Positions 1-10,891 of a stretch of DNA of 64,000 nt are shown piece by piece. Every line of letters begins with the position of its first letter. The first letter of the stretch is position 1. The DNA lies in the IMG/VR virus record IMGVR_UViG_3300006151_000005, positions 41,516 through 105,515 of that record. One strand, 5' to 3'. A program made the position numbers and the translations under genes. Under the pieces are notes generated by a model. It did not search any database and was not told where the DNA came from. It worked only from the letters and a program-made list of their open reading frames with translations. This DNA comes from a virus (lineage: Duplodnaviria > Caudoviricetes).

Positions 1-1
1 G

Positions 2-1153
2 CATCTCCAGAAGTACGGCAAGGAAAGTCTTGAAAACTGCCTTAAAACCGCCAAAGAGGTCAAGGTTGAGGGCGTGTTCATGCTTGACGATTACGAAGAA
101 GAGCTTGATGCCATCTATCAGAACGGTCTTCAAAAAGGCTTCATGGTAGGACATCCCAATCTTGATGCGTTGATGAGTCTTGAAACCAAACGCCTTATGA
201 TTGTGACCGGCATACCAGGCAGCGGTAAATCGGAATTTATCGATGAGATGTGTGTTCGTCTGAATATCCTTTACGATTTCAAGGTCGGATTCTTCTCGCC
301 CGAAAACGTGCCGATTCAGCTTCATGCCGTAAAGCTGATAGAAAAGCTATGTGGAAAGAAATTTCAAGCCATAGACAACCGGGGTGAAAACATCACTCCA
401 CAGCAATATGCTCACGCCAAAGAATACTATCGTGAAAACTTCTTTCACGTATTACCGGAAGACGGTGCAACGATAGATAATATTCTGGCAAAGGCTAAAT
501 ACCTTGTACGTCGTAGGGGAATACGAATTTTTGTACTTGACCCATTTAACCGAATCGAGCATGAACAGTCAGGCGGCGAAACGGAAACCCAATACATCTC
601 GCGTCTTCTGAATAGAATGACGGCTTTTGCCCAGCAGAACGACCTCCTTTTCATCCTTATGGCGCATCCCACCAAGATTAAAAAGGATAACGGAAATGGC
701 GGTGTGCCTACCATGTACGACATCAGCGGCTCTGCGACATTCTTTGACAAAGCGGATTTCGGTCTTGTGGTACATCGTGAACGCGACGAAAGCAAGAATT
801 ACACCCTTGTGCGCGTGGAAAAGGTCAAGTTCAGACACCTCGGTGCGCCGGGCGACGCTACATTCAAGTTCAACGTCATCAATGGCCGATATATCCCGTG
901 GAAGCAAAGCGAAAGCGTAGCCGTGGATTTCAGGGCAGACATGGAGGATATGATTGTAGCCAAAGAACGGAACACTATAACGCAGCCATCCCTGCCGTCG
1001 GGACTGCCGTGGGAAGATGATGCGGATTCAATCCCATCACAGCCGCAAACGCCAGCCGGGATGAACTTCGCGCAAACGCCCATACAGATGCAGACGGATG
1101 ACCCAAACATGCCGTTTACGCCGATTGACCCCAACGAGCCATTACCTTTCTAA
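2..1153 (+). CDS. TOPRIM primase / DnaB-like (Twinkle/T7 gp4-type) helicase, 5' truncated by window
   Basis: Frame open from base 2 (HLQKYGKE...). Walker A TGIPGSGKS, hhhhDP Walker B, MAHP, DISGSATFFDKADFG. Confidence 0.85.
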   Translation, partial: HLQKYGKESLENCLKTAKEVKVEGVFMLDDYEEELDAIYQNGLQKGFMVGHPNLDALMSLETKRLMIVTGIPGSGKSEFIDEMCVRLNILYDFKVGFFSPENVPIQLHAVKLIEKLCGKKFQAIDNRGENITPQQYAHAKEYYRENFFHVLPEDGATIDNILAKAKYLVRRRGIRIFVLDPFNRIEHEQSGGETETQYISRLLNRMTAFAQQNDLLFILMAHPTKIKKDNGNGGVPTMYDISGSATFFDKADFGLVVHRERDESKNYTLVRVEKVKFRHLGAPGDATFKFNVINGRYIPWKQSESVAVDFRADMEDMIVAKERNTITQPSLPSGLPWEDDADSIPSQPQTPAGMNFAQTPIQMQTDDPNMPFTPIDPNEPLPF

Positions 1154-1174
1154 ACCAAGTAAATCATTATCACA

Positions 1175-2011
1175 ATGCAAAATATAGAGCTTTATAACGA
1201 CCATTTTCAGAATTGGAAGAGGTATCTGAGTTGCAAGGCGCAGCTTATTATCGCCGATGTGCCTTACAATCTCGGAATAAATGCCTACGCATCCAATCCC
1301 AAGTGGTATGTTGACGGCGACAATACCAATGGCGAAAGCGAACTCGCCGGCACACAATTCTTTGATACCGATGCCAATTTCAAGCCTGCGGAATTTATGC
1401 ACTTTTGCTCAAACTTGCTTATTAAAGAACCTAAAGAGGCGGGCAAAGCACCGTGTATGATTATCTTCTGCGCCTTTGAACAGATGATGTATTTCATTGA
1501 ACTCGGAAAGCGATACGGATTCAATCACTATATCCCGTTGGTCTTTCGTAAGAACTGGTCGGCACAGGTACTCAAGTCAAACATGAAGATTGTTGGAAAC
1601 TGCGAATACGGGCTGCTTCTGTACCGCGAAAAACTCCCTAAATTCAATAATGGCGGTCGTATGGTCTTTAACTGCATGGATTATCCCCGTGACACCAAGA
1701 CACCTAAAATCCATCCCACGCAAAAATCCGTGCCACTGCTGGAACAACTTATCCGCATTTTCACTGACCCCGGCGACGTAGTTATTGACCCTTGCGCCGG
1801 AAGTGGCACAACCTTGCTTGCTGCAAGAAATTGCGGTCGCCGTGCCTATGGATTTGAGATTAAGAAAGATTTTTATGCCGATGCCGTGAATCTGCTTAAA
1901 ACCTATCAGTCCACGCCGTCGATGTTTGACATCGCGGAATTGATAGAGCGCGAGTCGCGCCGGGATAAAGTCAAGGCAAGTAATAAACCAGAAAGCCTAT
2001 TTGCGGAATGA
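1175..2011 (+). CDS. DNA N6-adenine/N4-cytosine methyltransferase (beta class)
   Basis: DVPY catalytic motif, HPTQKSV, DPCAGSGTT SAM-binding motif, GFEI. Confidence 0.9.
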   Translation: MQNIELYNDHFQNWKRYLSCKAQLIIADVPYNLGINAYASNPKWYVDGDNTNGESELAGTQFFDTDANFKPAEFMHFCSNLLIKEPKEAGKAPCMIIFCAFEQMMYFIELGKRYGFNHYIPLVFRKNWSAQVLKSNMKIVGNCEYGLLLYREKLPKFNNGGRMVFNCMDYPRDTKTPKIHPTQKSVPLLEQLIRIFTDPGDVVIDPCAGSGTTLLAARNCGRRAYGFEIKKDFYADAVNLLKTYQSTPSMFDIAELIERESRRDKVKASNKPESLFAE

Positions 2012-2703
2012 CACCACGTAGCGAAATCATCCTCGGCGATAGCTTTGAGGTACTGAAATCAATGGCAGACAAAAGCGTTGACATCGCTTTATGCGATTGC
2101 CCTTACGGAATAGACATCTGCTCAAGTGGCAGACTGATGAAAGAAAAGGGTCGCGCATACAAGCCGTGGGATAAAGATGCTCCAAAAGCGGAATTTTTCA
2201 CGGAGTTGCTTCGCGTAAGCAAGAACGCCATCATCTTCGGCGCAAACCATTTCATAGACCGCATACCCATCAATTCAAAGTGTTGGATTGTGTGGGATAA
2301 GGAACAGCCAGAAACATTGTCATTCGCCATGTGTGAGCTTGCCCTCACTACATTTGACAGGTCGGCAAAGATATTCAGATATAGCGCGGCGCGTCAGAGT
2401 GTAAAGGAAACACGGATACACCCCACACAAAAGCCAGTCGCCTTGTACGCATGGATATTTCAGAACTTCGCCAATCCCGGCAACTTGATTCTCGATACCC
2501 ACCTCGGAAGCGGTAGTAGTCGCATTGCTGCCTATCGCATGGGCTTCGACTTCATAGGCTGCGAGATTGACCCGGAATATTACACAGCGCAAGAGGTGCG
2601 CTTTCGCCAAGAATGTATGGGCGAACAACGTCGTGGCAATGTCGTGCTGACACAATACGAATTATTCAATAATGACCAATATGGAAAAGATAACAGTCTT
2701 TGA
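2008..2703 (+). CDS. DNA N6-adenine/N4-cytosine methyltransferase (beta class)
   Basis: DCPY, HPTQKPV, DTHLGSGSS, GCEID. Confidence 0.9.
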   Translation: MTPRSEIILGDSFEVLKSMADKSVDIALCDCPYGIDICSSGRLMKEKGRAYKPWDKDAPKAEFFTELLRVSKNAIIFGANHFIDRIPINSKCWIVWDKEQPETLSFAMCELALTTFDRSAKIFRYSAARQSVKETRIHPTQKPVALYAWIFQNFANPGNLILDTHLGSGSSRIAAYRMGFDFIGCEIDPEYYTAQEVRFRQECMGEQRRGNVVLTQYELFNNDQYGKDNSL

Positions 2704-3511
2704 AGCCTTTGCCGGTTACGGCAGTCAGTCGATGGCTCTTGAACGCCTCAAGCAAGACATCGGGCTTGACTACACGGTTGTCGGAATATCCGAAATCGAT
2801 GCCACCGCAATCAAGGCTTACTATGCAGCCCGCGATGCCGAGTTGCTGTCACGTTGCCGCACAGTCGGCGATGTGGAAACCGCCATTAGGGGGGGGTACG
2901 AGCCTCCACAGGAACTTATCGACCGATACCCGAATTATGGCGACATCTGCAAAATCAACTGGGCGAATGTGCCGGATTTCAATCTGTTCACATACAGCTT
3001 TCCTTGTACCGACATCAGCAATGCCGGCTTACAGAAAGGACTCGCCGAGGGGTCTGGCACAAGGTCATCGCTTCTTTGGGAGTGCGCAAGGGCAATCGAA
3101 ACCAAATACCCCAAATACCTCTTGATGGAAAACGTCAAGGCTCTTGTAAGCGACAAATTCATGCCGGATTTCAAGCGATGGGCGATGTATCTGGAAAGCC
3201 TCGGTTACACGAACTATTACCAAGTGCTGAACTCAAAAGATTATGGCGTACCGCAGAACCGCGAGCGTGTCTTTATGGTCAGCATCCACGGCGAGGCTAT
3301 CTACTATTTCCCCAAACCCTTCAAGTTAGACCGCCGCCTCAAGCACGTATTGGAAACGAATGTAGATGAAAGCTACTATCTGTCTGATGCTAAGATTCAG
3401 GCAATCATAGACCATTGCGAGCGTAAGCAAGCTGAGGGTTGTGGCTTCAAGCCGAACTTCCAAAACGGGGGGGTATTGCGGAACCATCACCGGGAACTAC
3501 GGACAACGTGA
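2681..3511 (+). CDS. DNA C5-cytosine methyltransferase, N-terminal catalytic part (motifs I-VIII)
   Basis: FAGYG (I), SFPC (IV), ENV (VI), PQNRERVF (VIII). Contains G8 (2889-2896) and G7 (3467-3473). Confidence 0.9.
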   Translation: MEKITVFEAFAGYGSQSMALERLKQDIGLDYTVVGISEIDATAIKAYYAARDAELLSRCRTVGDVETAIRGGYEPPQELIDRYPNYGDICKINWANVPDFNLFTYSFPCTDISNAGLQKGLAEGSGTRSSLLWECARAIETKYPKYLLMENVKALVSDKFMPDFKRWAMYLESLGYTNYYQVLNSKDYGVPQNRERVFMVSIHGEAIYYFPKPFKLDRRLKHVLETNVDESYYLSDAKIQAIIDHCERKQAEGCGFKPNFQNGGVLRNHHRELRTT

Positions 3512-3822
3512 AACCGATACCTACATCCAAGAATGACGAAGACGGCATCATTGTGGTTGGTAAAATCAACAACTCGCAAGACGGCAAAATCGTGGACGCA
3601 GACGGCATCGCGCCGACACATACGTCAGGACACGGAAACTGCCCCAAAGTGCTTGTTGAAAATACCCCCCGGACAATCTGCATAAATTCAAAGGATGAGA
3701 ATGGCAAGCAGCCAAGTATCGCGGATAGAGTTTATGACAGTAACGGAATAGCCACAGCACTGACAACCGGATGGCATCCCTACATCATGGAATCGCAAAA
3801 CAACAATTCAGAAAATGAATAA
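3439..3822 (+). CDS. C5 methyltransferase variable-region segment, out of frame with the catalytic part
   Basis: Repeats GKIVDADGIAPTHTS and DRVYDSNGIATALTT. No convincing start of its own; joins upstream ORF if G7 becomes G8. Confidence 0.6.
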   Translation: MWLQAELPKRGGIAEPSPGTTDNVKPIPTSKNDEDGIIVVGKINNSQDGKIVDADGIAPTHTSGHGNCPKVLVENTPRTICINSKDENGKQPSIADRVYDSNGIATALTTGWHPYIMESQNNNSENE

Positions 3823-4990
3823 AGATAAAACCGCCCCAGAGCTTAAAATCATAGGCAATGTAATGCCGTCGGGTCACAATGTAGGTAACATCTACGACCC
3901 GGACGGAATATCGCCCACGATTATGCTCAATCACGGTTATCCGGCACTTATTCTTGAAGAAACAACCGACAACGACATGAATCAGCTTATACAGGTGGCG
4001 CAGATATACGACAAGGAAAAGAATCCTACCAACGGCAGGGTTTATGACCCCAGCGGCATCTCGCCTACGCTTACAACGCCAACAGGCGGCAACTCAATGC
4101 CCCTTATCCTCGCTATGGAACAGATACCTTTCAATACAGCCGACGAGGGATTAGCCTACACAATCACGACACGCTACGGCGCAATGTGCGCAAGCAATCT
4201 GATTGATGGCAATTTCCCTATGACCGGCATCCTTACAATCGAAAACCCAACAGAAGAAATGAAACGCCAGATAGAAGACGGAATCCTAAACTTCGACAAA
4301 GGGCTGCCAAAAGAAGCCAACCCCAAGTCATGCGCCATGCGTGGTCGCGGCAAGGGTGCGGATTACCATCAGGAACTTGAGATTGGCGACGATGTAGCCA
4401 ACGCCCTTACAACCGTCCAGAAAGACTCTATGATACTTGAGGGCGAAGACCCGTCAATCATCAGTCTTATGCCGTGGAATAGACCCGGCGGCGACGTGGG
4501 CGATGTGTCGCCGGCCATCACAACAAGCGCATGGGAGCAGAACAATTTTGTAAAGCTGCCCGACGGAGATACCCCTATGGTTATGGCTGACCCACGGAAG
4601 AATTACGGCAGATTGCAGCCATCGGCTGAATCCTCGCCCACGCTTCTCAGCACTGACTATAAATCGCCCCATCTTGTCGTGGAACGTGGCGACGGCGAAC
4701 TTGATATGTCTGACCCAGAAACGCGCATCATCAAGCGAGCCGTAGACCATGTGGCGCAGGAGTACGGAACGCAGACGCGCTTTCGCATACGCAAGCCGAC
4801 CCCACGCGAGTGCTACCGCCTTATGGACGTGCCGGAAGAATATATCGACCACCTGTTAGCGTCTGGCATATCCAAATCCCAACACTACAAACTGGCGGGA
4901 AATTCTATCGTGGTATCATGTCTTTATCACATCTTCAAGAATTTATTTACCAATGAAATCCCAGTTAATCAACAGCTATCCCTTTTCTGA
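3815..4990 (+). CDS. C5 methyltransferase C-terminal part (TRD-like repeats plus motifs IX-X)
   Basis: GNIYDPDGISPT and GRVYDPSGISPT repeats, RKPTPRECYRLM (IX), YKLAGNSIVV (X). Confidence 0.85.
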   Translation: MNKDKTAPELKIIGNVMPSGHNVGNIYDPDGISPTIMLNHGYPALILEETTDNDMNQLIQVAQIYDKEKNPTNGRVYDPSGISPTLTTPTGGNSMPLILAMEQIPFNTADEGLAYTITTRYGAMCASNLIDGNFPMTGILTIENPTEEMKRQIEDGILNFDKGLPKEANPKSCAMRGRGKGADYHQELEIGDDVANALTTVQKDSMILEGEDPSIISLMPWNRPGGDVGDVSPAITTSAWEQNNFVKLPDGDTPMVMADPRKNYGRLQPSAESSPTLLSTDYKSPHLVVERGDGELDMSDPETRIIKRAVDHVAQEYGTQTRFRIRKPTPRECYRLMDVPEEYIDHLLASGISKSQHYKLAGNSIVVSCLYHIFKNLFTNEIPVNQQLSLF

Positions 4991-4991
4991 T

Positions 4992-5729
4992 ATGCTTGAC
5001 GGCATAAAGCTCCCAGAATCGGTCATCGCCGAAATGGAAAAGCGAGGGATAAGTGCAAACCCCATACCCATAAAGCCGATGATTGACACCGGCATCCACT
5101 TCAAGAAGCGCGAACCAATGCGTGAACGCGACCTGTCAACAGAAGAATTTCTCAACCTGTTCGACAAGGCCGAATCACTCAAGATGGCGTATGTACCACA
5201 CTTCATTACGCAGTGCGTAATCTACTATCTTGACTTATTTGTGGAATATGCCCGCGACTGTCGGCTTTCAGACTTCAAGAAGCACACCCGGTTGCTCAAG
5301 GCAATCAAAGAGGAGTATCTTGCAGCCCTACGCCATGAAATGCCGCCGCACGTCTTTGAGAAATTCCTTACACAGCGCGATGAATACCTTGTGTCATGCG
5401 GCGCAAATCTGAGTCTTATGTATTTCACATTCGGAAATCAGATTTTGAAGAAATATGGCCGGATAGACCACGAAGCCCTATACTGTTACGCCAACATAAT
5501 CCTTGCTTTCATCAACTACGTGGAAGACTTTGACCGCAACGTCAACAAGCGTATCGCAGAAAAGCTGGGGATGCCCTGCCGTAATCACGGAGATGCGCGT
5601 CTGACCGCCATTAAAGGCGTATGCAACGACATCATCAAACCCTACCCGCTGGAAAAGAACAATGACACCGAGCTATGCGTCGGCGTAATGGCAAACAAAG
5701 CGGTCATAATGATAAACAACATGCTATAA
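4992..5729 (+). CDS. hypothetical protein
   Basis: Long ORF coupled to the upstream stop. Confidence 0.6.
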   Translation: MLDGIKLPESVIAEMEKRGISANPIPIKPMIDTGIHFKKREPMRERDLSTEEFLNLFDKAESLKMAYVPHFITQCVIYYLDLFVEYARDCRLSDFKKHTRLLKAIKEEYLAALRHEMPPHVFEKFLTQRDEYLVSCGANLSLMYFTFGNQILKKYGRIDHEALYCYANIILAFINYVEDFDRNVNKRIAEKLGMPCRNHGDARLTAIKGVCNDIIKPYPLEKNNDTELCVGVMANKAVIMINNML

Positions 5730-5745
5730 CAACCCTCATATCGCA

Positions 5746-6504
5746 ATGGAACAAGTAATCACTGACATCATCGACAAAAAGGCGGCGAAGCAGTTTAATA
5801 AGCTGACACCGACCAAGCGCAAGGCATACCGCGCAATGCTTTATGCAGGTGCGCAGATAACCATGAACGGCTATTCAGTAAGGGATATAGCCGCCGAAAT
5901 CGGATATTCAGAAAGCGGAACATCAAAGTTGGCGCAGAAGTGGATAGAGCTGATGCGTCAGGGCGATGTTACCGTCAATCTGATTATAGCAGCCATTCAG
6001 AAATTGCCTAAAAACAAACGTTTTCAGCACGGAAAGGAAATCGCGCCCCATGTCAAGCTAACACCCACTGTCGTAGCGGAAGAGCCAAAGGATGAAACTC
6101 CACGGCCCACACCGGCGCAGACCCCGGCACCAACGGAAAATAAGCGAAAGGGCAAGTATGTACTCGGCTTTTTCATTACACCGGAAGACGAAATGCGCGA
6201 AAGAGCCGCCATTCGTTCATCCATCCTGTTCTTTCAGACCTACGGCAAGGGCGCAAAACCGCGTATGCACGGCGAGTATTACACGCCCGGAACGCATCAG
6301 GCAAAAGACAGTGAAGATAGCAAGAAGTGGCTACCCCTTGATACAGCAGCCCTTTACTGCGGATGCAAAGCGGAAATCATCAGCAAAGCAGGTCAAAACG
6401 GCGTGATTGAACGACGTGTCTATAAGCGCAATGCCAACCGTAACTATTATGAGTATAACATCGCTGATTTAGACAAGTTTATACGCGACAATCATCTCCT
6501 CTAA
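5746..6504 (+). CDS. putative DNA-binding protein (N-terminal HTH, C-terminal excisionase-like HTH)
   Basis: SVRDIAAEIGYSESGTSK; WLPLDTAALYCGC...YNIADLDKFI. Confidence 0.55.
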   Translation: MEQVITDIIDKKAAKQFNKLTPTKRKAYRAMLYAGAQITMNGYSVRDIAAEIGYSESGTSKLAQKWIELMRQGDVTVNLIIAAIQKLPKNKRFQHGKEIAPHVKLTPTVVAEEPKDETPRPTPAQTPAPTENKRKGKYVLGFFITPEDEMRERAAIRSSILFFQTYGKGAKPRMHGEYYTPGTHQAKDSEDSKKWLPLDTAALYCGCKAEIISKAGQNGVIERRVYKRNANRNYYEYNIADLDKFIRDNHLL

Positions 6505-6581
6505 CAAAGGTAATCAACTCGCAATGTGGAAGATAGCTAAGAGCTAATAAGAGTTAAAAATCAAATTTGCCCGGCGATTTA

Positions 6582-6615
6582 ATTTGGATAATTAAAGTAA
6601 ATGCTTTAACTTTGC
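6582..6615 (+). promoter_or_regulatory. Bacteroidota-type promoter with overlapping TTAAAGTA-N2-TACTTTAA-like operator
   Basis: TTTG...TTAAAGTAAATGCTTTAACTTTG. Confidence 0.7.
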
Positions 6616-6660
6616 GACGTGGTTGTAAAAGTAAACACTTAAACAAATAAATATATCAAC

Positions 6661-6939
6661 ATGGATTTATCCTCAAATCAAGAGCCGACAACGCAGGCCA
6701 CAAAGGTCTGCACAAGATGCGGCAAAGAATTGCCGGTTGACCAGTTCAGCCGTCGCAGTAGCTCGGCTGACGGGTTGCAGATGTGGTGCAAGTCGTGCCA
6801 GCGTGAATCACAACGTATCTCGCGCAGTAATCGCCAATTACCCCCCCCCCTCAATCAAGGGCGACCATGCACGAAAGCAAAATCGAAGCCTTTCAGCGTG
6901 AATACTACGAGGCTACGCTTGACCGCCTTGACGGAATAG
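6661..6939 (+). CDS. zinc-finger protein (CxxC...CxxC) running through a C10 tract
   Basis: KVCTRCGKELP...WCKSCQ; C10 at 6841-6850. Confidence 0.6.
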   Translation: MDLSSNQEPTTQATKVCTRCGKELPVDQFSRRSSSADGLQMWCKSCQRESQRISRSNRQLPPPLNQGRPCTKAKSKPFSVNTTRLRLTALTE

Positions 6940-7433
6940 AATTGCTTGAGCAATACTATATCGTTGAAGAAAAGGGCAAATTGCCTTTCAAAGTCGGCGA
7001 CATTGTAGCCGTGGCACAAAGGTATTGCTCCATCCTTGACGAACTTGAAGACCCCCAAAATTTCTGTTGCATGGGGCATTGGGAGTCTGCAAAAGGAAAA
7101 CGTGCGCATTACGCCGGCTTTCTGCATCATCCCGGCTTTATGAACAAGATGTTTGTCGATGCCGAAGAAATGCCACACCAAATCAAAATCAAAAGGGTAT
7201 GGTTTGAACACCTGCAAGACATATCTAACGAGGATTGTCTGAAAGAGGGCATCGATAAATGGACTGCGCAAGGGAAACGTTACTATGGTTTCTTTGATAA
7301 CGATAAAGGCGTATTCTCGCATCATCCCACTCCACGCGATGCTTATGCCCATCTTATAGAGCGCATATCCGGCAAAGGAACTTGGGCGAGCAATCCCCTT
7401 GTTATAGCCTATGAATTTGAAAAGGTAAAGTAA
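6867..7433 (+). CDS. ASCH/PUA-like phage protein (C-terminal part)
   Basis: VGDIVAV, LQDISNEDCLKEGI, WASNPLVIAYEF. Confidence 0.55.
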   Translation: MHESKIEAFQREYYEATLDRLDGIELLEQYYIVEEKGKLPFKVGDIVAVAQRYCSILDELEDPQNFCCMGHWESAKGKRAHYAGFLHHPGFMNKMFVDAEEMPHQIKIKRVWFEHLQDISNEDCLKEGIDKWTAQGKRYYGFFDNDKGVFSHHPTPRDAYAHLIERISGKGTWASNPLVIAYEFEKVK

Positions 7434-8443
7434 TGGGAAGATACACGGCAAATTGCAGATGTGGCGGTGTGGTAGTCATCAGAACCAACAACGCTTTTCG
7501 CGTACCGGAACTGCTTACAAAGCATGGATGGCGTTTAATCGACCCATACAAAAGCTCCTACGATATTAAAACCAACTGGCGATGCCCTATGTGCGCGGCA
7601 GCTTACGAAAGTCTAAAGAAAGGAAAACTGATATGAAAGAACGTGTATTTTGCGACCTTGAGGGTCTGGCAGGCGTAAGACGGCGTAAAGTCGGTGCATA
7701 CGCTATTACGGAAGCCGATGCGTTGCAGATAAAGTCTATACTTGAAAGTAAACACGCTTGCACATCCGCAGGCAGTTATGGCGCAATCAATATCTGGAAG
7801 ACTGATGCCGGCGAAATTCGCGGCGAAGCCATGCAGAACCTTTGCTCCCTTGAAGTGTGCATCTTCGCCACCTACGCAAAAGCCGCAGAATGGGCGCAGA
7901 AATGGCTTGACAGGATAAACGGCAGAGATATAGTGGAAACGTCTTTTGACGAACCTAACTACGCTTTTAAGCGCGACGTGGAACGTATTATGATGGCTTC
8001 GCGTAAGAATATGCTTGATGCTTTCTGTACGGCGGTCTGCAACAACTGGCAGAACCATGACGGCAACGGCAACCCATGCCCTCGGAACTGCTGCCCTAAA
8101 TTCAACAAATTCGTAGAGCTGATAAAGACCACGCCTATACGTGGACTGGAAACAACCGAAGCCAAAGAAGCTGTAAACAAATACATCAACGACAATGAAC
8201 CCAGAAAGTGAAGAAATCCGTAAAACGGCCATCAATAACCTTTTGAACGCCGACTCTTTTGTCTGCGTCACGATAAAGAACGGAAGCCTGAATATGGCAA
8301 ATCTGACCAATCCGGAACGCCTCGGAATAATGCTGCTTGAAATCATGCGCAGCAATCCGGCTTTCGCCAATAGCGTCAATCTTGCTGCCCTCGCCTATGC
8401 GCAGGAACAACTACACCATAACACAAACCTAAATCAGCAATAA
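7433..8443 (+). other. three small coupled hypothetical CDSs (7433-7636, 7633-8211, 8195-8443)
   Basis: Abutting or overlapping start-stop chain. Confidence 0.55.
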
Positions 8444-8530
8444 TCAGTATTTAATAAGGCTTTTGTTTGGTGGAATAAAAGTAATTACTTAACTTTGCAC
8501 CTATAAAGACAAACCAAAAACTTATAACAG

Positions 8531-9274
8531 TTGAAAAAGAAAATCTACATCTCCCTCCCGATAAGCGGGCGTGACCTTGAGGCAGTGAAACAACGTGCTA
8601 ACTACATCAAGGAATCGGTTATTGCGGATGATTATGAGGGCGTAACGCCCTTTGACATCTGCCCGGATAGCACGTTGCCGTATTCTGAACTTATGGGGCG
8701 CGACATTGCCGGCTTAATGGAGTGTGATGGTGTCTTGTTTGATTTCGACTGGAACGAGTCAAAGGGTTGTCGCATTGAGATGGCGGTGGCTCGCAACTGC
8801 AATATCCCCGTCTATAAACTCGCCGATGAAAGGGTTGTGGAAGATGCCGACACACGGCTTTTCACAATCACACTGAATAAGCGTCAGCTTGAATTGTTAT
8901 CCGAGGCATCCGACTGCCATTCACGGAATACTTGCGGCCAGTTGGATGTAGGTCTTGAAGAAGTCATTGAAAAGGCTATCACAAGAACATACAGCACCGC
9001 CGATTTTGACAAACGCCATGAAATAAGCGAAAAGGTCAAGACACTCCTGCGCGAAGTCAAATCCCTTGCGTGGAATTTAGGCCCCGGAAGCAATAAAGGC
9101 GTGAAATACGATGATGGAGCTGACATCCTTTTCGACATCCATCAGGTAATCCGTCATCACTTATGGAAGATTAAACCCGAACCGAAATATCATTATACCA
9201 ATGATGCGGCAGAGGCTATAATCTTCGGAAGTCAACCGGCAATAACCATCAAGACCCTCGCAAGAAATGAATGA
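8531..9274 (+). CDS. DUF4406-like (nucleoside 2-deoxyribosyltransferase fold) fusion protein
   Basis: IYISLPISG...WNESKGCRIEMAVA; TTG start behind a TAACTTTG promoter. Confidence 0.6.
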   Translation: MKKKIYISLPISGRDLEAVKQRANYIKESVIADDYEGVTPFDICPDSTLPYSELMGRDIAGLMECDGVLFDFDWNESKGCRIEMAVARNCNIPVYKLADERVVEDADTRLFTITLNKRQLELLSEASDCHSRNTCGQLDVGLEEVIEKAITRTYSTADFDKRHEISEKVKTLLREVKSLAWNLGPGSNKGVKYDDGADILFDIHQVIRHHLWKIKPEPKYHYTNDAAEAIIFGSQPAITIKTLARNE

Positions 9275-10891
9275 CAATGTTATCGTAATCGCCGATGTCA
9301 GCTCGTCATATTTCTCGGTGGCGCGTTACAGCGGTGGCATAAAGTATAACGGAACGGTTTACATCTATTGCCGTGAACGTGATATTCTGGTAAGAGAAGA
9401 CTGGGAGAAGTTCTACCGCAAATTACCGTGGGAAACTTTCATCACGGCAGTCAAGACCGGCAAGAAACCCGAACTACCGAAAAAGCCTGCAAGGGTTAAG
9501 GCTCAGAGAAAAGAACAACCCGATAATCAACCATCATTATTTGACTAATGGACTTACTGAATCTTATACTCAAGCGGAAGAAATACCGCATGATAACGCT
9601 GCACACGATTAACGACGAGCCGATATTCGTTGTAGAGGTGCGCGGTCTGCTATTCTGGCACGTGGTAAAGTCGTTTGAAAGCGACGATGCCGTTTATGCG
9701 CGGAACTGCGCCGAGGAGCTTCTGGATACGCTTAACGAGGAAATCCTTTAGCCGATGCCACCGAAGAAAAAGAATCAGACCGTCATCCATGAATTTGCGT
9801 GTGAAATTTTCCCACGGAAATTGTGGATAGTCAAGAAGCCGCCACATGGGTATCTGGAGAAGCATTTTCAGACCGCCGACGGCGAAAAGCTCCACGAATA
9901 TGATGTTGAAGATGCAAAGGCTGTCACTTACAAGGAAATTTACAACATCGACACCGACAAGCTCGGCATCCTGATTGTCTTGCTTGAAAGCAACATCACC
10001 GTTTCGGACTGCGCCCATGAAGCTACGCACTTTGCAATGGAAATGTATGCGGCTATTGGCGAAGAAGTCAGCACCGAGCATCAGGAAGTCATGGCGTACC
10101 TTGTAGGCTACGCCACCGACTGCATCTATCAAGTAGTTACCAACAAATTCAGACCAATGTTCGATGGAAGCCGAGAAATATCCTAATACGCAGTTGCCGA
10201 CACTCGCCATACATTATCAGTTGGGCGACTGGGTACGCGAATATTCATCTATAACCGGAAAGGAATCGCCGGCGATGTATGTCGTGGCCATGTTCAAGGA
10301 TGTGCTATATCTTGAAATAGACCCCGAACAGGGCGACCCCTTTGAGGTTGATTATGAAGATGTGCGGCCTATCCCACTGACCAAAGAATTTCTCGTTGAA
10401 AGGGATATTTACGGAAAGCGCATTGTCAACGATGAACACGGCATAGAGGAAACAATACCCGGTGTTGCATCCAAATGGGATTTGAACGACTGGGTTGACA
10501 TTCACAAGTATAAAGACAAGTTCATTGCCAAATACCACGGAAGAGGCGATGAGTATCTTCACGTGGTCTATCTACGCTACGTTCACAACCTCCAGCACTT
10601 CTACCGGATGTTTGAAATCGATAAGCCTATAATCGTATGAGATGCCCGGTATGCAATGGTGTTGGAATGGTTGACAATCCGCGATTCTACAACAGGCCAT
10701 GCTGGGACGCATGGGAAAGCGGAATACCTACAAGAATACGATGCCGACACTGCGGTGGCTATGGCTTTATTATAGGCGAAATCAGCGACATCACCCCGGC
10801 ACTGCAAACGGCAGTAGATGAACATCGCGGGCTGACCGCAAAGGAAACAAAGCAAATACTAACGACACTTCTTAAAGAAAATGAATCTTAA
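9267..10891 (+). other. five small hypothetical CDSs (9267-9548, 9548-9751, 9755-10186 with HEATH, 10164-10640, 10637-10891 with CxxCxGxG)
   Basis: Tightly coupled ORF chain; HExxH and DnaJ-like Zn motifs. Confidence 0.55.

Noticed and set aside
6551-6582. GAGTTAA upstream of a promoter
   Set aside because: Frame closes after 9 codons; shows the context also occurs by chance.
8530-8533. Possible GTT start (CAGTTG)
   Set aside because: The coding frame begins at the overlapping TTG; GTT is out of frame.
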